Below, one piece after another: positions 35,101 to 48,300 of a stretch of 64,000 nucleotides of DNA. Each line of letters opens with the position of its first letter. Position 1 is the first letter of the stretch. The stretch is taken from the NCBI RefSeq assembly GCF_964355755.1, contig NC_092679.1, positions 16,165,432 to 16,229,431 of the forward strand. The letters are read 5' to 3'. The notes under the pieces are model-generated. The model did no database searches. It saw only the letters and a program-made list of their open reading frames with translations, and had not been told where the DNA came from. The translations under genes and the position numbers were made by a program. The DNA comes from Antedon mediterranea (Eukaryota > Animalia > Echinodermata).

Positions 35101-36119
35101 TGGTGAAGCAATGTCAAGCATGTCACCAAACACAAAGTCGACCAAGCGTAGCACCAATGATGCCCTGGATCTGGCCAAATCAGCCTTGGACACGAATACA
35201 TATTGACTATGCGCAGAAAGATAAACGAGATTATCTAGTAGTGGTTGACTCATATTCGAAATGGCCAGAAGTCGTTCAGATGAACAGTACGACGAGTGCA
35301 GCGACCATCAAAGCGATGAGAGAGTTGTTCAGTAGATACGGATTGCCTGTTCAACTTGTAAGCGATAATGGACCTCAGTTTGTTAGCGACGAATTTGAAT
35401 TCTTCTTAAAGCAAAACGGGGTGAAACATGTAAAGGTTGCACCTTATCACGCCGCAAGCAACGGAGCAGCAGAACGAATGGTTCAATCTTTCAAAAGATC
35501 GTTAGCGGCAAGCCGAGCTAATGGGAAGGATTTCCAACAATGTTTGGACAGATTTCTTTTATCGTATCGCACAACAAAACACGCAACTACGGGACAAACG
35601 CCAGCGAAGTTATTCATGGGCCGTGAGTTAAGAACGCGAGTATCACTTTTACATCCCAGTACAGAAAACAAGGTACTTAACAAGCAGAGTGATCAGAAGC
35701 TTCATCACGACAAAACGAAAGATCTACGAGAATTTTACCCAGGTGAAATGGTATTAGTGAAAGATTTCCGACAAGAGGGAAAGTGGTGGCCAGGTACCGT
35801 GATAGAACGTACCGCTCCAAAATCATACGTAATTAGTGTTGAGGATGGCCGAGTGTGGAAAAGACACATTGACCAGTTGAAAGCGACAGACGCGGACGCT
35901 TACGCGAGTAAAACCCCTACTTCACATAGCGAGTTGGAACACAAGATTAAACAGACAGTACCAATAACGATTGCGAGCGAAACGATTGCGAACAAAGAGC
36001 AAACATCCACCAACCAACCGGTTGAAGAGGAACATAGATTGTCTTCATCGCCTGAGGTTATTCCACGACGCTCCACGCGACTTCGAAGGAAGCCAACACG
36101 ACTTATCGAAGAGATATAG
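32133..36119 (+). CDS. Gag-Pol polyprotein, 1328 aa (Gag with two CCHC knuckles, protease, RT, RNase H, integrase)
   Basis: CDRCGMNNHTRDTC, CFKCNKQGHLKSEC; VDTGA; KIDLKCAY, LPFGISSSP, IMDD; TDAS..DKE..TDH..ADALSR; H-H-C-C; SDNGPQF..NGAAER. Intact. Confidence 0.97.
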   Translation: MAAANTRILLEEFNVQDGDIDTYVDRLEQYFVALDINDGGKKRAILLSSLGETGYTTIRDLCFPDKPSTKSYDTLTTKLKEHYKPTRITISERFIFRNVKQTPGQTISQFVSHLKKKAIHCGFEGEALENALRDQFVCGLISQSIQKKLLTKNHTFKEATDIAIASEAATANMKSMSHDGDKPINHVTSNSRKSTKTYQASKQTRTQKCDRCGMNNHTRDTCKYKNATCFKCNKQGHLKSECRQSSKSTKQYKPKSIKQVEAPDYDEGNDDFVDTMFCVGIKQDNSVPPITVQMRVDDIDIDFEVDTGAAVSIISFDDYESKLSHLPLKSVKRTLHAYTGTKLDIAGEIKVTVNYRGESNVLPLIVVRTQRRNSPPLLGRTWLEVIKLDWKSLFPPSLAQNSVEIDNDVGQSFKRKFPEVFRTELGTVQGHKATLHLKVNAIPKFCKARNVPFALRSAVEVELDRMQNEGVIYPVDFSQWATPLVCIPKADGRVRVCGDYKVTVNPSLNCDQYPIPTPEEVFTKLGGGKRFSKIDLKCAYQQLVLEDEAQELVTINTHRGLYRYTRLPFGISSSPAIWQRFIEQVIAGLKGTCAIMDDVLVTGASDKEHISNLEKLFERFNKYGLRVKAEKCAFVQKEVVYMGRKLSAAGIQPTNDKVKAIKDARAPQNATELRSWLGLVNYHASFIPRLSTMIHPLNELLGSKPWSWTVDCSKAFNAVKRIISEDMMLTHYDPLKPLELYTDASPYGVGAVICHVNENNIKTPIAYASRSLHKHEKGYAQLDKEALSIMFGLQRFRTYLYGRKFTIRTDHKPLERILGPKSAIPTLAAQRLQRWAIVLSAFEYDLKFIPGKQNVIADALSRLPMPYEGREDDAVYNIAGHTLDNLPVTSTNVQQHTRKDPLLSKVLYMVQTGLWQSENDDDLKPFLHRRDELSVEQDCLLWGYRVVIPPKLRGAVLEELHCAHPGIVRMKEIARSHVWWPQIDSDIERLVKQCQACHQTQSRPSVAPMMPWIWPNQPWTRIHIDYAQKDKRDYLVVVDSYSKWPEVVQMNSTTSAATIKAMRELFSRYGLPVQLVSDNGPQFVSDEFEFFLKQNGVKHVKVAPYHAASNGAAERMVQSFKRSLAASRANGKDFQQCLDRFLLSYRTTKHATTGQTPAKLFMGRELRTRVSLLHPSTENKVLNKQSDQKLHHDKTKDLREFYPGEMVLVKDFRQEGKWWPGTVIERTAPKSYVISVEDGRVWKRHIDQLKATDADAYASKTPTSHSELEHKIKQTVPITIASETIANKEQTSTNQPVEEEHRLSSSPEVIPRRSTRLRRKPTRLIEEI

Positions 36120-36362
36120 AACTTGTGAACAATGTTATTATTATGAACGTTAAAGTTATGTTGTTCATGTTTTTACACAAAATTATAATGGTGAGAATTA
36201 CTCACATTTGTTAATTATTATGAGGAACCAAATAAGAACTATCTGGAACTATAGAAGCAGTAATTTAATCACGATGATTAACCTATTTGATTAACAAAAT
36301 AATTAACGAAAGTTTATTGTGCTTATTGATATAATGTTAACGTTAAAATAAGAAAGGAGGAG

Positions 36363-36537
36363 TGTAGTATATGCACGGGCACATATAATATATGCGTACT
36401 GCGCATATGGTCGGACGAGGTTAGCCTACAAAACGTTCTATACTATTGTTCATAACTACTAGTTGTTTTCATTAAATACGTTCATTATTATACTCATCTC
36501 AACGTACTTATTAATTTGTCTACGACGATACACGACA
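36363..36537 (+). repeat. 3' LTR of Gypsy element 2
   Basis: Follows the PPT; direct repeat of 31782-31956. Confidence 0.95.
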
Positions 36538-37226
36538 TATTTCGTCGGCACTTATTTCATCATTAGATTCAGCATTTTAAAGATATGTTGTCCCATGAAA
36601 GAACATTTTTATAATATGCCATTTCAATGTTACATAATAGTTACTTTGACTAAATATTGGATCGCAAAAAAAAATTATTTTTTTCCTTTGAAGTGAATAA
36701 CATTATACAACTGCAAAAATGACCTATTCAAAGCCTTTTTTTTTATTAATCTTTATTTTTCAGGATTTTGGGGAAAAAAATTAAATACATCTTTAATCTA
36801 CAATTTTATAGTACATAGTTTGGTGAGAGATCCATTGAAAACTTTCCCATAGTTTATGAAAAGCTAAATAGCCAAATATTGAAATTCTATTATGAAACGT
36901 AAAACCATGATGGTAAAGTCATTATTGAAAAGTGAAGTTAATCCACTTTAAAAATTCAGTACCATAATAATAATCACTTATCAAAATATCAATTGTAAGC
37001 AACACATCTACATACAGTACAAGGTTATTCATTCAATCTTTTATTTCAGATAAATAAACCAACACAAAATTGAAAATAAAACCAAAAAACCCAAAATTAT
37101 ATAATGTATTCACAATATATACATATTATTATTAAAATGTTTATTGTCGCACACACAATTAGTTAAATACTTTCACATTAATGGGCACTAAATTATTTTG
37201 ATATTAGCGCAACCAATCGAAGTTCA

Positions 37227-37396
37227 AGCTCTGTCTACTCTATCAAACTAGGTTAACAAAAAAAGTAATGTTCCTAAATACTGTATGGTAGTGATATGCT
37301 TAAATATGGTATATGCTTAAATATAGTAGTGATATGACATCGTCATGTCCACATCACATTTTTTTTGGTCTAGTATTTGATAGTGTAGACAGAGCT
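37227..37396. mobile_element. PIF/Harbinger-type MITE, family A
   Basis: TIR AGCTCTGTCTAC.CTATCAAA / TTTGATAGTGTAGACAGAGCT, 3-bp TSD TCA. Confidence 0.85.
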
Positions 37397-37743
37397 TCAG
37401 GTAAGATGTTAACATGCGTTCAGAGTACTCATGCAAATATCAGCTCAGCAAACACAGGATTGAAATGAAAATAGTAGCTACAGTATTTGCTCTTATGCAA
37501 TAAAAGTGGAAAATAAAAGGATAGAAAATAGCAAATTGGCATGAATACTGTAAATTTGCCTAGCGAAAAACAGCCTTTATGATTGGAACCACACTCAGGC
37601 CTTGCAGAATAAATGTTTTGTTTGTTGCCCCAAGGCCAATCAGTGTCTGATATATGGTTGCCCTCTCAATTTCTTGGTGATTGAAACATATTTTATGTGG
37701 TTGTCTATTGGGACCAAGGCTTTTAATTTTTAGTTGCAGCATA

Positions 37744-38492
37744 GACCCCATTTACACTTACGATTTAGGCCGGCCCTGGGTCGGCAATTGATAAGTGTAA
37801 ATACTCCAAAAAGTTGGGCCGGACGCAGATCTGGGCCACCTCTCCAGGTAGGTTCAGGAGCGGCTTTTACGTTTAGGCCGGCTTACGCAGTGAACCGTGA
37901 ACAACGTTTGACCTTTTTATGAGGTAGTTGTTATGACGATCCGACATTCTCGGTACATACCTTCCTCCTTTTCGCGCGACAATTTGTTTTCTTCATCATT
38001 TATATAGTTAAATTTATTTGTACCAATTTTTATAAGATGTCTGTAAATCGTCGTTCCAATTGGACATACGAGGAGGTACTTGGGTTGCTCGGGATTTGAT
38101 ATTGATATTTTGTAAAAAGAACCTCCTCTTCATTATCCTCATCTGTGACTTCTTTCAATAAAGTATTCCTCCGCTTGTTTCACATATACATAAAATACAG
38201 CCATATTATATATAAAACAGTGGGGTTCATTTTGTTTTTAACGGGACAAAAAACAACAATACAGTATAAATATAAAACGGTCAGTTCGCGCGGAAACTTG
38301 AATTGACGATCGAGAGAGAAAAATTTAAACAAACTGGTTCGTATCCCAGCATGCCATGGTATTTCCGATAAAATTATTTACGACCAGTAATCTGCGTCGC
38401 TAGTGTAAACGCTCTGGGGCCGGCCTAAAAGGTAAATATTTGCAACCGGCCCAGCACCGGCCCTGGACCCAAACGTAAGTGTAAATGGGGTC
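37744..38492. mobile_element. Harbinger-like internal-deletion derivative
   Basis: TIR GACCCCATTTACACTTACG / CGTAAGTGTAAATGGGGTC; 3-bp TSD ATA; residual Myb/SANT-like start MSVNRRSNWTYEEVLGLLGI* at 38037. Confidence 0.8.
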
Positions 38493-39318
38493 ATAGAGAT
38501 ATAATATAGGTCTTCATGTTTGTAGTACTGTATGCACATTTTTGGTTGCCCCAAGACCAAGGAAAACTAATTCTGCAAGCCCAGCACAGCTGCACACTTT
38601 TCACCTTAACGTTAAAACAATGTGTAATGCGCAATAGAGATCTCACTCATTAAAGACGGTGACAAATGAGATGCAGTATTATTGATTGTAAAAAGTATAT
38701 TATTCCATGGTTAAGATGCTAATATCTATGTTACATGTAGGTTATTATTTTATTGTAAATGTATAATAGGCCTATTAATTCCCTTGGTCGCTCTGTGTTA
38801 TCAACTATTTTTATACAGTATTTTTAGGGGGAGTACCTATTCTTTTAGCAGACATAATTTATTGTAGACATTAGTTGAGGTAATTTATTGTACTTGAGTA
38901 AAGGTATATGTTATTGGTTAAATCAGTATAAAAGCATGTAAATATTTTATATGTACAGTATAATTAGATCCTACAATTCAGAGTGTTGAGGTCGGCTACA
39001 GAAATATATTGTAGCCTTTGTCAGGATTTTTGGGTGTAGAGTATTTGTCAGAATCTCAATTGAGGTACAAACCTGTGGTCTTTTTATTTTCAAGGTCTAC
39101 AGTACAAATCCATCTTTACAATTACAGATGAATCATATATTTAAATAATTATATTGCATTTATTGTAATTTTTTTATTTTAAAAAAGAATTAAAAAAATG
39201 ATTAGTTTGAACCATGACCTTGAATGGCGGTGCAGACATTGATTAATTTTTATTTTTTGAAATATTTAAAAAATCTGTATTATAGGTTTTTGAGAAGACT
39301 TGACGACAGGATATAACC

Positions 39319-42300
39319 ATGCTTCGGAAAAAATCATACAGCGTGAATCCGTCGACACGGAGTAAAGTGTCTGCCAGTGAACGAAAGCAAAAGTCACAGA
39401 GCAGCTACCTACAGGTAATAATAATTGTCTTTTGTATAGTACTTTAATAACCGAAATAAATTTTCTCTAAAGCGCTACTACCACAAGGCTCGAACTAAGT
39501 GGAAATTACATAATTTCATATGCTATGCGAAATAGATGGGTTTTTAGGAATTGTTCTTAATTGATTGTGGAAGAGTAATTCATAAAGATGGATCTGTGCA
39601 AGAGAATGACTGGTCAGCAAAAGTATGTCTGCGTGATGGTTGGAATAGTCAAGGCGAAGATATAGATGAATGACGAAGATTTCCGCGAGTGTTCTGGAAG
39701 GAGACGGGTGATGAAAGATATTGCGGTGATTGTTTATGGATGGCTTTGTAGGTGAGCATGATGATCTTGAATTTTTGCGTTGTTTAACCGCCAGTCAATG
39801 TAACAAGGTCTGAGCTGATTGGATCAGATTTACGTTTTTTTAGAATGAGAGAATGAGAACAGCGGTATGTTGAATGCTCTAAAGTTGTTTGAGCAGAGTT
39901 GTATTAATTCCCCTAACTTGGTCTTCTGCTTGCTTCTGATTTACTGGTGAAATGTATCTGACAGTGATTTTACATGTTGTCAAGGATTCCAAAAGAGACC
40001 TGTAATGCTGGATATTTAAAACATGGTTCCTACTTGACAACATAAGAAAATGCCCTTCCAACAATAGTGTTTCCTTCTGCTTGATTTACGAAAGTAATTT
40101 GACAGGATGTATTGCAAGTCATTTTGAAATATCTGTTTGCATCTATTATTGAAGTTAAAAAAAAAAAAATTCTCTGTTCAGCCTATTATTTATCGTGTGA
40201 ATTGATATTATAAATTATAATATAGAGCAGTTTTGGCTAGGACTGTCCAAAACTCGAAACTGCAAAGAATGTCAAAGGATAACAAGACAGGATGATAAAA
40301 ACTAGCATTAACCACACAAATTAATGTAATTTGCTTTCATATAATAAGGAAGAGTATATATAGTGAACCCTAGAATGAAAGTTGGTTTTGTTGATTTGTC
40401 TAGCCGGCTTTTGTACAACTTGACTGTTTGTGCACATTTTGTATGGATATTGTAGTGTACTGTATGGTAGTGGAAAAAACATAGTACAGAATGCTGTGAT
40501 TAGCTGAATTGAAACAGGTGTGGACACACAGTTTGTGTTTAAGCAGTAGTTGTTTTTGTTGACTCCAGTCTCAACAAGTTAATGTGCACATTCTGAATGT
40601 GGGATAACGTAGTGTTAAACAGTATGAATGAATGTAGTAGAAATACAGATACTGTATACTCTGATTAGCTGAATTGGAACATGTGTGAACACACAGTTCG
40701 TGTTTAGGTACTGTAGTAGTTAGGTTTGCTGGTTCCAGTCTACAAGTTGCAGTATGTGCACATTCTTAATGTGGGATACTGTACGGTATGATTGAATGTA
40801 CAGTAGTAGAAATATATGATCTGATTAGCTGAATTTGTACAAGTGTAAACACACGGTTCATGTTTGGGCAGTTAGTTTTATTGTTTCTACTTTTAATACA
40901 CAATTTACATATGCAATCTATGTATGGGATATTGTACTGTAAGAAGATAGTGAGTATGCTATGATTACTGTATCATACTAATTGTTTAAGGGATCCATTT
41001 TTAATGTTGGGTGGAGGAGGTAGTTCAACCAGGAATCTCAGAAACAGCAGTTTACTATTGTAGGAAGATGTTCTGCCAACTATGTGTTGCGGCCGAAATT
41101 CAGGCTGTGAAACATTTTCTCAATTTTTTTCTTGACATTAGCCGGTAAAGTAGATGCAATTTCTGGTTACAGTACCTGGTGGTCCATAACTTAAAAAATG
41201 TTGTCTTGCCTCAGCCCCAATTACATTAGTCACTGCTACATCTGAATGGCCCAGCAGTGGCTTAGTCCCGGGAACCATATTTTAGGCCCTGAAAGAAACA
41301 ATTTGCGAAACGCTACTGTACAAAATCAAGTCATGTATACTGCAAGTCTTTTAGTGATGAAAGTCTAACAAGTCTCACTGAATCAATATTTGATTAGTTA
41401 TAAAATAAGTATGTAATTCCTTCCAGATATTGGAGTGTTCCATAGGTTGACCAGCATAAATTAAAAACAAAAAAAACAAAACCAGTATATTGTTTACCTT
41501 AACTACTTGGCTATTTGACATATTTAAGTATTTTTGCTTTTATATTATAGTTAATGCATAACATAGCAGCTGATCTGGGGGTGATGCTCGATGACCTTTG
41601 TCCTGAACCAGATGAAAAATCAAGAAAAAACGATTCAAGGTAGCTAGAATACTTTTTATTTTTGTTATACTGCATAATAAAATGTATTGGCGGTGGTCTT
41701 AATAGGAATTGGAAATATAAAAAGTTCAAATCAAGCTAGATAATAATATGTCATCATGCAGTAGATAGTCAGTTAAAAAAAATGTTTTCCTAAATGCAAA
41801 ATAATAATGTGCACAAGCCCGTAGCCAGAAGTGGTTTGAGAGTTCGAACAAGAACCCTAATTTTTTCTGAGATGCCCTTTTAAAAATAGAGACTAACAGC
41901 AGAAATGACACGAAACACGCCTACCTATACTTGTATGTGACATTTTTTGCCACTTTTGTGGGGGAAAAAACCCGCAATCCAAAATCCTGTCTACAGGCTT
42001 GATGCACTGTATTTCATAAAGCTTATTATCTTTTTAATATCTACAATCTTTTTTTAATGTAACTTGCAAATATAAATAATGACATTGATAGATAGTAGTT
42101 ACTATATGTTTGACATACTGTAACACTACATTAAAAGTTTTTGACATTGACAACTTGTCATTCATATTCATATGTGACCTGCTACCACGAAATGGCTGTA
42201 AACTCGTCCTTCAGCCAAAATGAGTTTTTAATTGATTGTGATAGAACACATTATGAGCTTTATAATGGTGTTTAAATAATTTTAATCGGATGTCTGGTGT

Positions 42301-45300
42301 CAATAATATCCTATTTGGGAGTGTTAGTAACCTACAAGTAGAAAAGGACATACCAGCTAGGGTAGGGAGTCAGGGTGGGGTGGGGAGGGTGTTATGTGGG
42401 GTGGGGAATGACTTTGAGAGATGTCATTGTCGCATAAAATCAATCATGCCATTTTCGTCTTGGGATTCATCAATATCTAGGCCTACATTATCATTCTCTT
42501 CATTTGGCCTAGGCCTAGGCCCATCAGGTTAGTCAATGTTGTCTTCGTCGTCCTCCGAAAACAGGCCTTCTTCGTCATAATCGTCATTATAATCAGCCCT
42601 TTCCTCTTCCGTCAATTCCACATCATCCGACATCGTTCTCTCATCAAAATACTCGTCAATCAAATCCAACAATTTCTGATTATAATCATCATTAAGATCC
42701 AAGCCTCTAGCTTCATTTAATACGTTTTTAAGTCTACGATCAAGCGGTTCCTCCATCTTATTGTTCTCACAGAAATAAAAGCGTGTCTGTGACTAGCTGT
42801 CAGCTCGCGCAAGGAACACGAAGTGAAGACTTCCGCATGTCAGAGTGACCAATCGCGAATCGCGTTATTTTAACACGTGACAGATATAAGCCAATCGAAT
42901 TTGAGGTTTTCTGGCCTTAGAAACTATTGTTTACGATACAAAGTATGTTTTCTATTGGATTAAACGTACAAAAAAACCAAGCCAAGCTAAAACTGACCAA
43001 TCAAATTATATTTAAACATAATAGACAACAAACTAACATTCAGTGACGTCATAAATCGCAGAGGCAAGCGAAATATGGCGGTCCAAAGGAAGCTTGGTTT
43101 TCGGCGATTGTGGACGCATTTCCTACACATTTCTATACAATTTATACAGAATCCCTTCAGAAAATGACTGATTTTGACAACTTACAGATGGAATTTCACA
43201 CCCAAACTTCAGGAATAGTGAAATTAATGATTATATTTTCTTTAGTACACAAAAACTCATTTTGAAAAATTTATATGTATTACGGCCTATTCTAGTTCAA
43301 AAGGTCAATTTCTCATTACATCGCGGTGCGAGTTTACAGCCCTTTCGTGGTAGCAGGTCACAAATTGGAAAGAGGTTGCATTTGCAGTAATTTATCTTTA
43401 TATTATACCTATACCTACCAAATATACAACTCTCAGTACTATTTGCTTTCTCTTATATTCTAGTCACCGCTAGGCACAACTCGTTGGCCAATCACTAGCA
43501 ACAATTTTGATGACCCATCGCGCCATGATTGGCCAAATTACGTCGTAAAGTTGACCACTACAGTATAAACACCATAGCGATTTAGAAATATTTTGGGAAA
43601 TTACCCTACTGTACACAGTGAAATAAAATCAGTCGAATTGGTACTAACTATGAGTGGTATGAAAATATCTATTGTTGATCCGTACTGTATAAAAGTGGTA
43701 CCACTACACTACTAAACTATACTGTTATTATGTTTGGTTTACGATAGCTTTTGTGATCTATTCAAGGTTGGCTTAGATAGAAAATGATGATATAACTTTT
43801 TGATGCAGAATATTATTTGGTGTCAGGAATCAATCCAGTCAAAAATTGTGTGGTCTAATACCAGAAAGCCAGAAACGTATAATGATGTATAATACTTTAT
43901 GTATTGTTTTCTGATTATAGAAACAACATTCTGTATCAAGTTTTTTTTAATGTATAGAAGAAAATTTAAATTTCTATCTCACAATTATAAAGGAAGATAT
44001 TGTATTTTGCTCATATTAAATTTTGGAGATCAAAAAATTGAAAAAAATGTTCACAACATATTGGATCAAATGCTGGTTAAATACTCCTTTTCACAGAAAG
44101 AGTTAAAAACTTGACAGTTTTTAGACAATATTATTAAACGTTTCAGGCTTGTTAAAATTATTTGGACTTGCGGTTTAAATAAATCCTTGAACCTTTACAA
44201 AATAAAAATACTGAAAATCGAATAATATTTGGAAGGTTTGTGACATTGAAAAAGTACCAAAACAAAGTCACTTTTCTGTTGTATTACAGTAATAGTCTAA
44301 TACACTTCTATTGATATTGAATAATATATTTTACTTCCAGGCCATAAACACACAGTAGCCTGTTGTATTTGTACCCAAGAAGGAAGCTACCCTATTATGT
44401 AAAGGGGATTCCCCTTTTAAACCTAAAAGCGAATATATTCCTACAGCAAAGTTTTTATCTGAGATTAATTCGTTTACTTTATGGTGCTTTGTTTACATAC
44501 ATATATTTCAGTAAAGCTTCAAGTCCTTTTAAATATAAAGGAGGAAGTTCAATATAAAAAACAATTAAAGATGATAGGTGAATGTCACTATATAAAAGGG
44601 AAAAAAAGATGAAATGTCTATTGTTTTGAGGGATTTCATTTCATTTCATTATTTATTTGGTCTTTTTGAGTATATACGTAACAAAAAAAATTTGAAATTT
44701 GGGAGACCAGGGTCAACCCAAGTGAACTTAATCACTGTAGCTGAGCCGGTTGACCCAACCCCAAAACAGTTTACACATAAAAGACATAAAGGCAAAATAC
44801 AGTTACAGCAAATCAAAATGAATATGAACTTTTCTAATGAAGGCTGATGGGCTTTCTAGGACTGCAGCATCAGTCAACGGTCTGAGAAGCTGGTCCCAGA
44901 CACGGGGTAACCTGATTGCTATAGAATGGAAAAAAAAGCATGTGTTCAGTTATCTGACATTGAAAAAGTTGAATATAATTAGTATTTCAAACATTTTATA
45001 GATTTTATTTATTTTTTCTTTGCTTTTAATAATTACGTTGCATTAAAAAAAAATTGCATTTCAGCTTAATATTAACACCTACCAAAGTACAAGCTCCTAG
45101 CCATGAAAAGCCTCCTCCTAATATTGGGATATTTACGCCTATTAACACTGGTATGTTTGAACCTGCAACCAGGAACAAATCGCTCAATGAACTGCAAGCA
45201 GAAAGGTAAAAATGTACTACATTTAAAATAAACAGCCGATTCTCGGTGCTATATCTAAATATGTCTAGTGTCATAGGCATATTCTATGATACAGCATCAT

Positions 45301-48300
45301 ATGTGTTTCACATATGATGTGCCTGTAATGTAACAGAGGTTCTAACCTACAGTAACTTCTAACCTGTGACATCACATGTGATATGCATGAGAATCTGTAA
45401 TACAGAATTAGCCTACTATGATACTGAACAAACATACACTATGATACAGCATTGAGAATCGGGTGAAATAAATGTGTGGTTTGATGTATTGTGTTTTTTG
45501 TATATAAAAATTTGATTGGCGTACAATTGTATTCATTGTATTTGTATTGTACTATACTGTATATAAAAATTAATTCCAATATTTATGTGTACAATAGTAA
45601 AAAGGGTACCAAGGCCATTTTAACTTCCCTTGCCACAACTAAGAAAGTAAATTCTATCGTAGAATTTAAAAATAATGCCTGTTAACTATAAACAAATAGT
45701 GCCTTGTGCTTGAACTAATTTGTAGTTCACTTGTTAAACTATGAAGAAGTAGTGTCTGGCAAGCTAGAACTAGAGTTCGTAACAGTTAACTTGTTAACTA
45801 TGACTAGTAAGCTAGAACAGGAGTTTATAGAAGTTAACTATAGAGTACATTATAGCAGTTAACTTGTGAGCTTGCCTATCAAAGTTTATCCCTTCTAAAA
45901 TTTACTAAAAAATATTGACTTAATTTCATATTTATATATTAGTTGAGATTTAGTCCGCTATGTACCAGTGCAGAATCTGGCACATAGATGATTGCATCAT
46001 TCTACGACAGAATTGTGATGAGCTAAGACTAGTTTCTATGGTTTCCTAACAACTTGTCTGAAATTTAGATCATGCCTACAATTTAGATCATGCCTACAAT
46101 TTAGATCATGCCTACAATTTAGATCATGCCTACAATTTAGATCATGCCTACAATTTAGATCATGCCTACAATTTAGATCATGTCTACAATTTAGATCATG
46201 CCTACAATTTAGATCATGCCTACAATTTAGATCATGCCTACAATTTAGATCATGCCTACAATTTGGATCATGCCTACAATTTGGATCATGCCTACAATTT
46301 AGATCATGCCTACAATTTAGATCATGCCTACAATTTAGATCATGCCTACAATTTAGATCATGCCTACAATTTAGATCATGCCTACAATTCAGATCATGCC
46401 TACAATTCAGATCATGCCTACAATTTAGATCACGCCTACAATTTAGATCACGCCTACAATTTAGATCACGCCTACAATTTAGATCACGCCTACAATTTTA
46501 CTAAACAACCGTAACTTTAATATTTGAATAGAAGTGCACAACATTGAGCTATTCTGGATGTTATTGTTTATTGTTATGAGATATCTAGAGAAAAATATTG
46601 TCATTATATTTTAAACCTAACTACTTACAGTAATAGGACAATATTTGATTCAATTGATCCTTTTTGATTTTTTCTTTCCTGTTATAACTAGATTACAATA
46701 GCCTCTTGCATACTTTAATAGAAAATTAGATTTTTAACTGCGTATTCTACCGCATCCAGGTTGCTAAAAATCTGAAAAATTTTAAATATCATATTCGCAA
46801 AGTGCTATTCGTACGTTTCTTGCCGACAGACCGACAAACAATTCCTTTAAATTCTACTTTTACAGAAAACATTTGTGGTAATGTCTGGTAATATACAGTA
46901 GTCATATGTCGCAAACTGAGATTCAAATTAGGTTAGCCATTAGAAGCTAAAAATAAAAGAGATTTTATATTTCAATTTTAACGACTAATTCTGAGAATCA
47001 TCTTCCGTTTCAGATAAATTTAAACATACTCAAAACAATATTTCTCAAGGTTTAATCAAATTTAGGCTTAGAAATATCTGCATTCTAAAACGCTTAAAGC
47101 CAATTTTCCACTAGAAAAATTTTCTATATATTTTTATTAAAACTTATTTAATGAGGGTAACCGTAAACAACATATGCTGATAATCAAGGGGCCCTCAAAT
47201 AAACATTTGAAAATATATACACTACAGTATACAAAAATACAAAACATAGTGATTTTTCGGTGGAATCGAAAGCGTCAGCAAGCATATTGATGTTTCCATC
47301 TTCCACATCCCTCTACACACGTTCATATAAGTTGACGCTTTCGATTCGCGGAAACATATTCGCCTAGTGGAAAATCGGCTTTCTGTGAGGTTGCTAGTTG
47401 GAATGTGTATATTAGCGTTTTCATCATTTTAATATAAAAATTCTTTGTGACACCACGATCGAAATAAGATTTATATTTAAATATTATTAAAAACTACATT
47501 GTGAGACATGACTGATACCGCCGGCTATGTACTGTATGATCAATAAACCAGGGAAGAATTATTTAGATATTTATTTAAATAATTATTTAATCCATGAATA
47601 AAATAACTCTGAAAAAGACCAAGGAAAAAATTGTAGTTTAGTAAATCAACATTTCAGGAAGAACAGGAATATTTAACTGATATATCAAAGAAATCGGTAT
47701 CGCTTTCAATATTTACTTTCAGTTTATTGTTCATAAATCGTGATTTATTTATTTCTTATAACAAATTTCATATAAACATGTATTTTCTATATGAGGGTAG
47801 TGAGCACGCACATAATCCAGTTAGGGGAAAAATGCCAAAATGCTTCCTACTTTCTGGATGTTTTATCAGATAATCTATATTGTTTTGACAACTTTTGTAA
47901 CGTGACCACAGTGCTGAATTGGCCATTTTTCCCCTAATTGAATTGCAAAATTTATATTTTTCAATTGTACCAATTTTGTTTTTTGTTTTCAAAATGTATG
48001 GTAAGAAATTTAAAGGATGTCACATTTTGAATGTTTGATAAGTGCCTATACAGATCATGTTGCATAAAAATAACTCCAGAATAAGGATGGGCTTACTGTA
48101 TATCCCAAGGTGGGCTTATACAGTACATGAGCCTGTACAATTTTGATATAATATACAGTATTGTTGTAAAGCCTTGTCAAACATTACAGTATGTGACAAA
48201 AAAATGTTGTATTCCTATATGGACATGATGATTACCATATTTGGTCATATCACACCTTTTTTTGTCAAACTATAGTAGTATTAGTTTGATAGTGTGAATA

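Larger units (their letters stand above)
31782..36537 (+). mobile_element. Full-length Ty3/Gypsy (Mag-like) LTR retrotransposon, probably in the 5' intron of the RIN gene
   Basis: 175-bp TG..CA LTRs (31782-31956, 36363-36537) with 2 substitutions seen; TSD TATTT; PBS TGGCGACGAGGAT (31958-31970, tRNA-Ser(GCT)-like); PPT AAGAAAGGAGGAG. Confidence 0.97.

Noticed and set aside
46062-46514. CRISPR-like array or DHAYNL repeat protein
   Set aside because: Head-to-tail 18-mers without spacers, no cas genes, intronic; the ORF is a by-product of the repeat.
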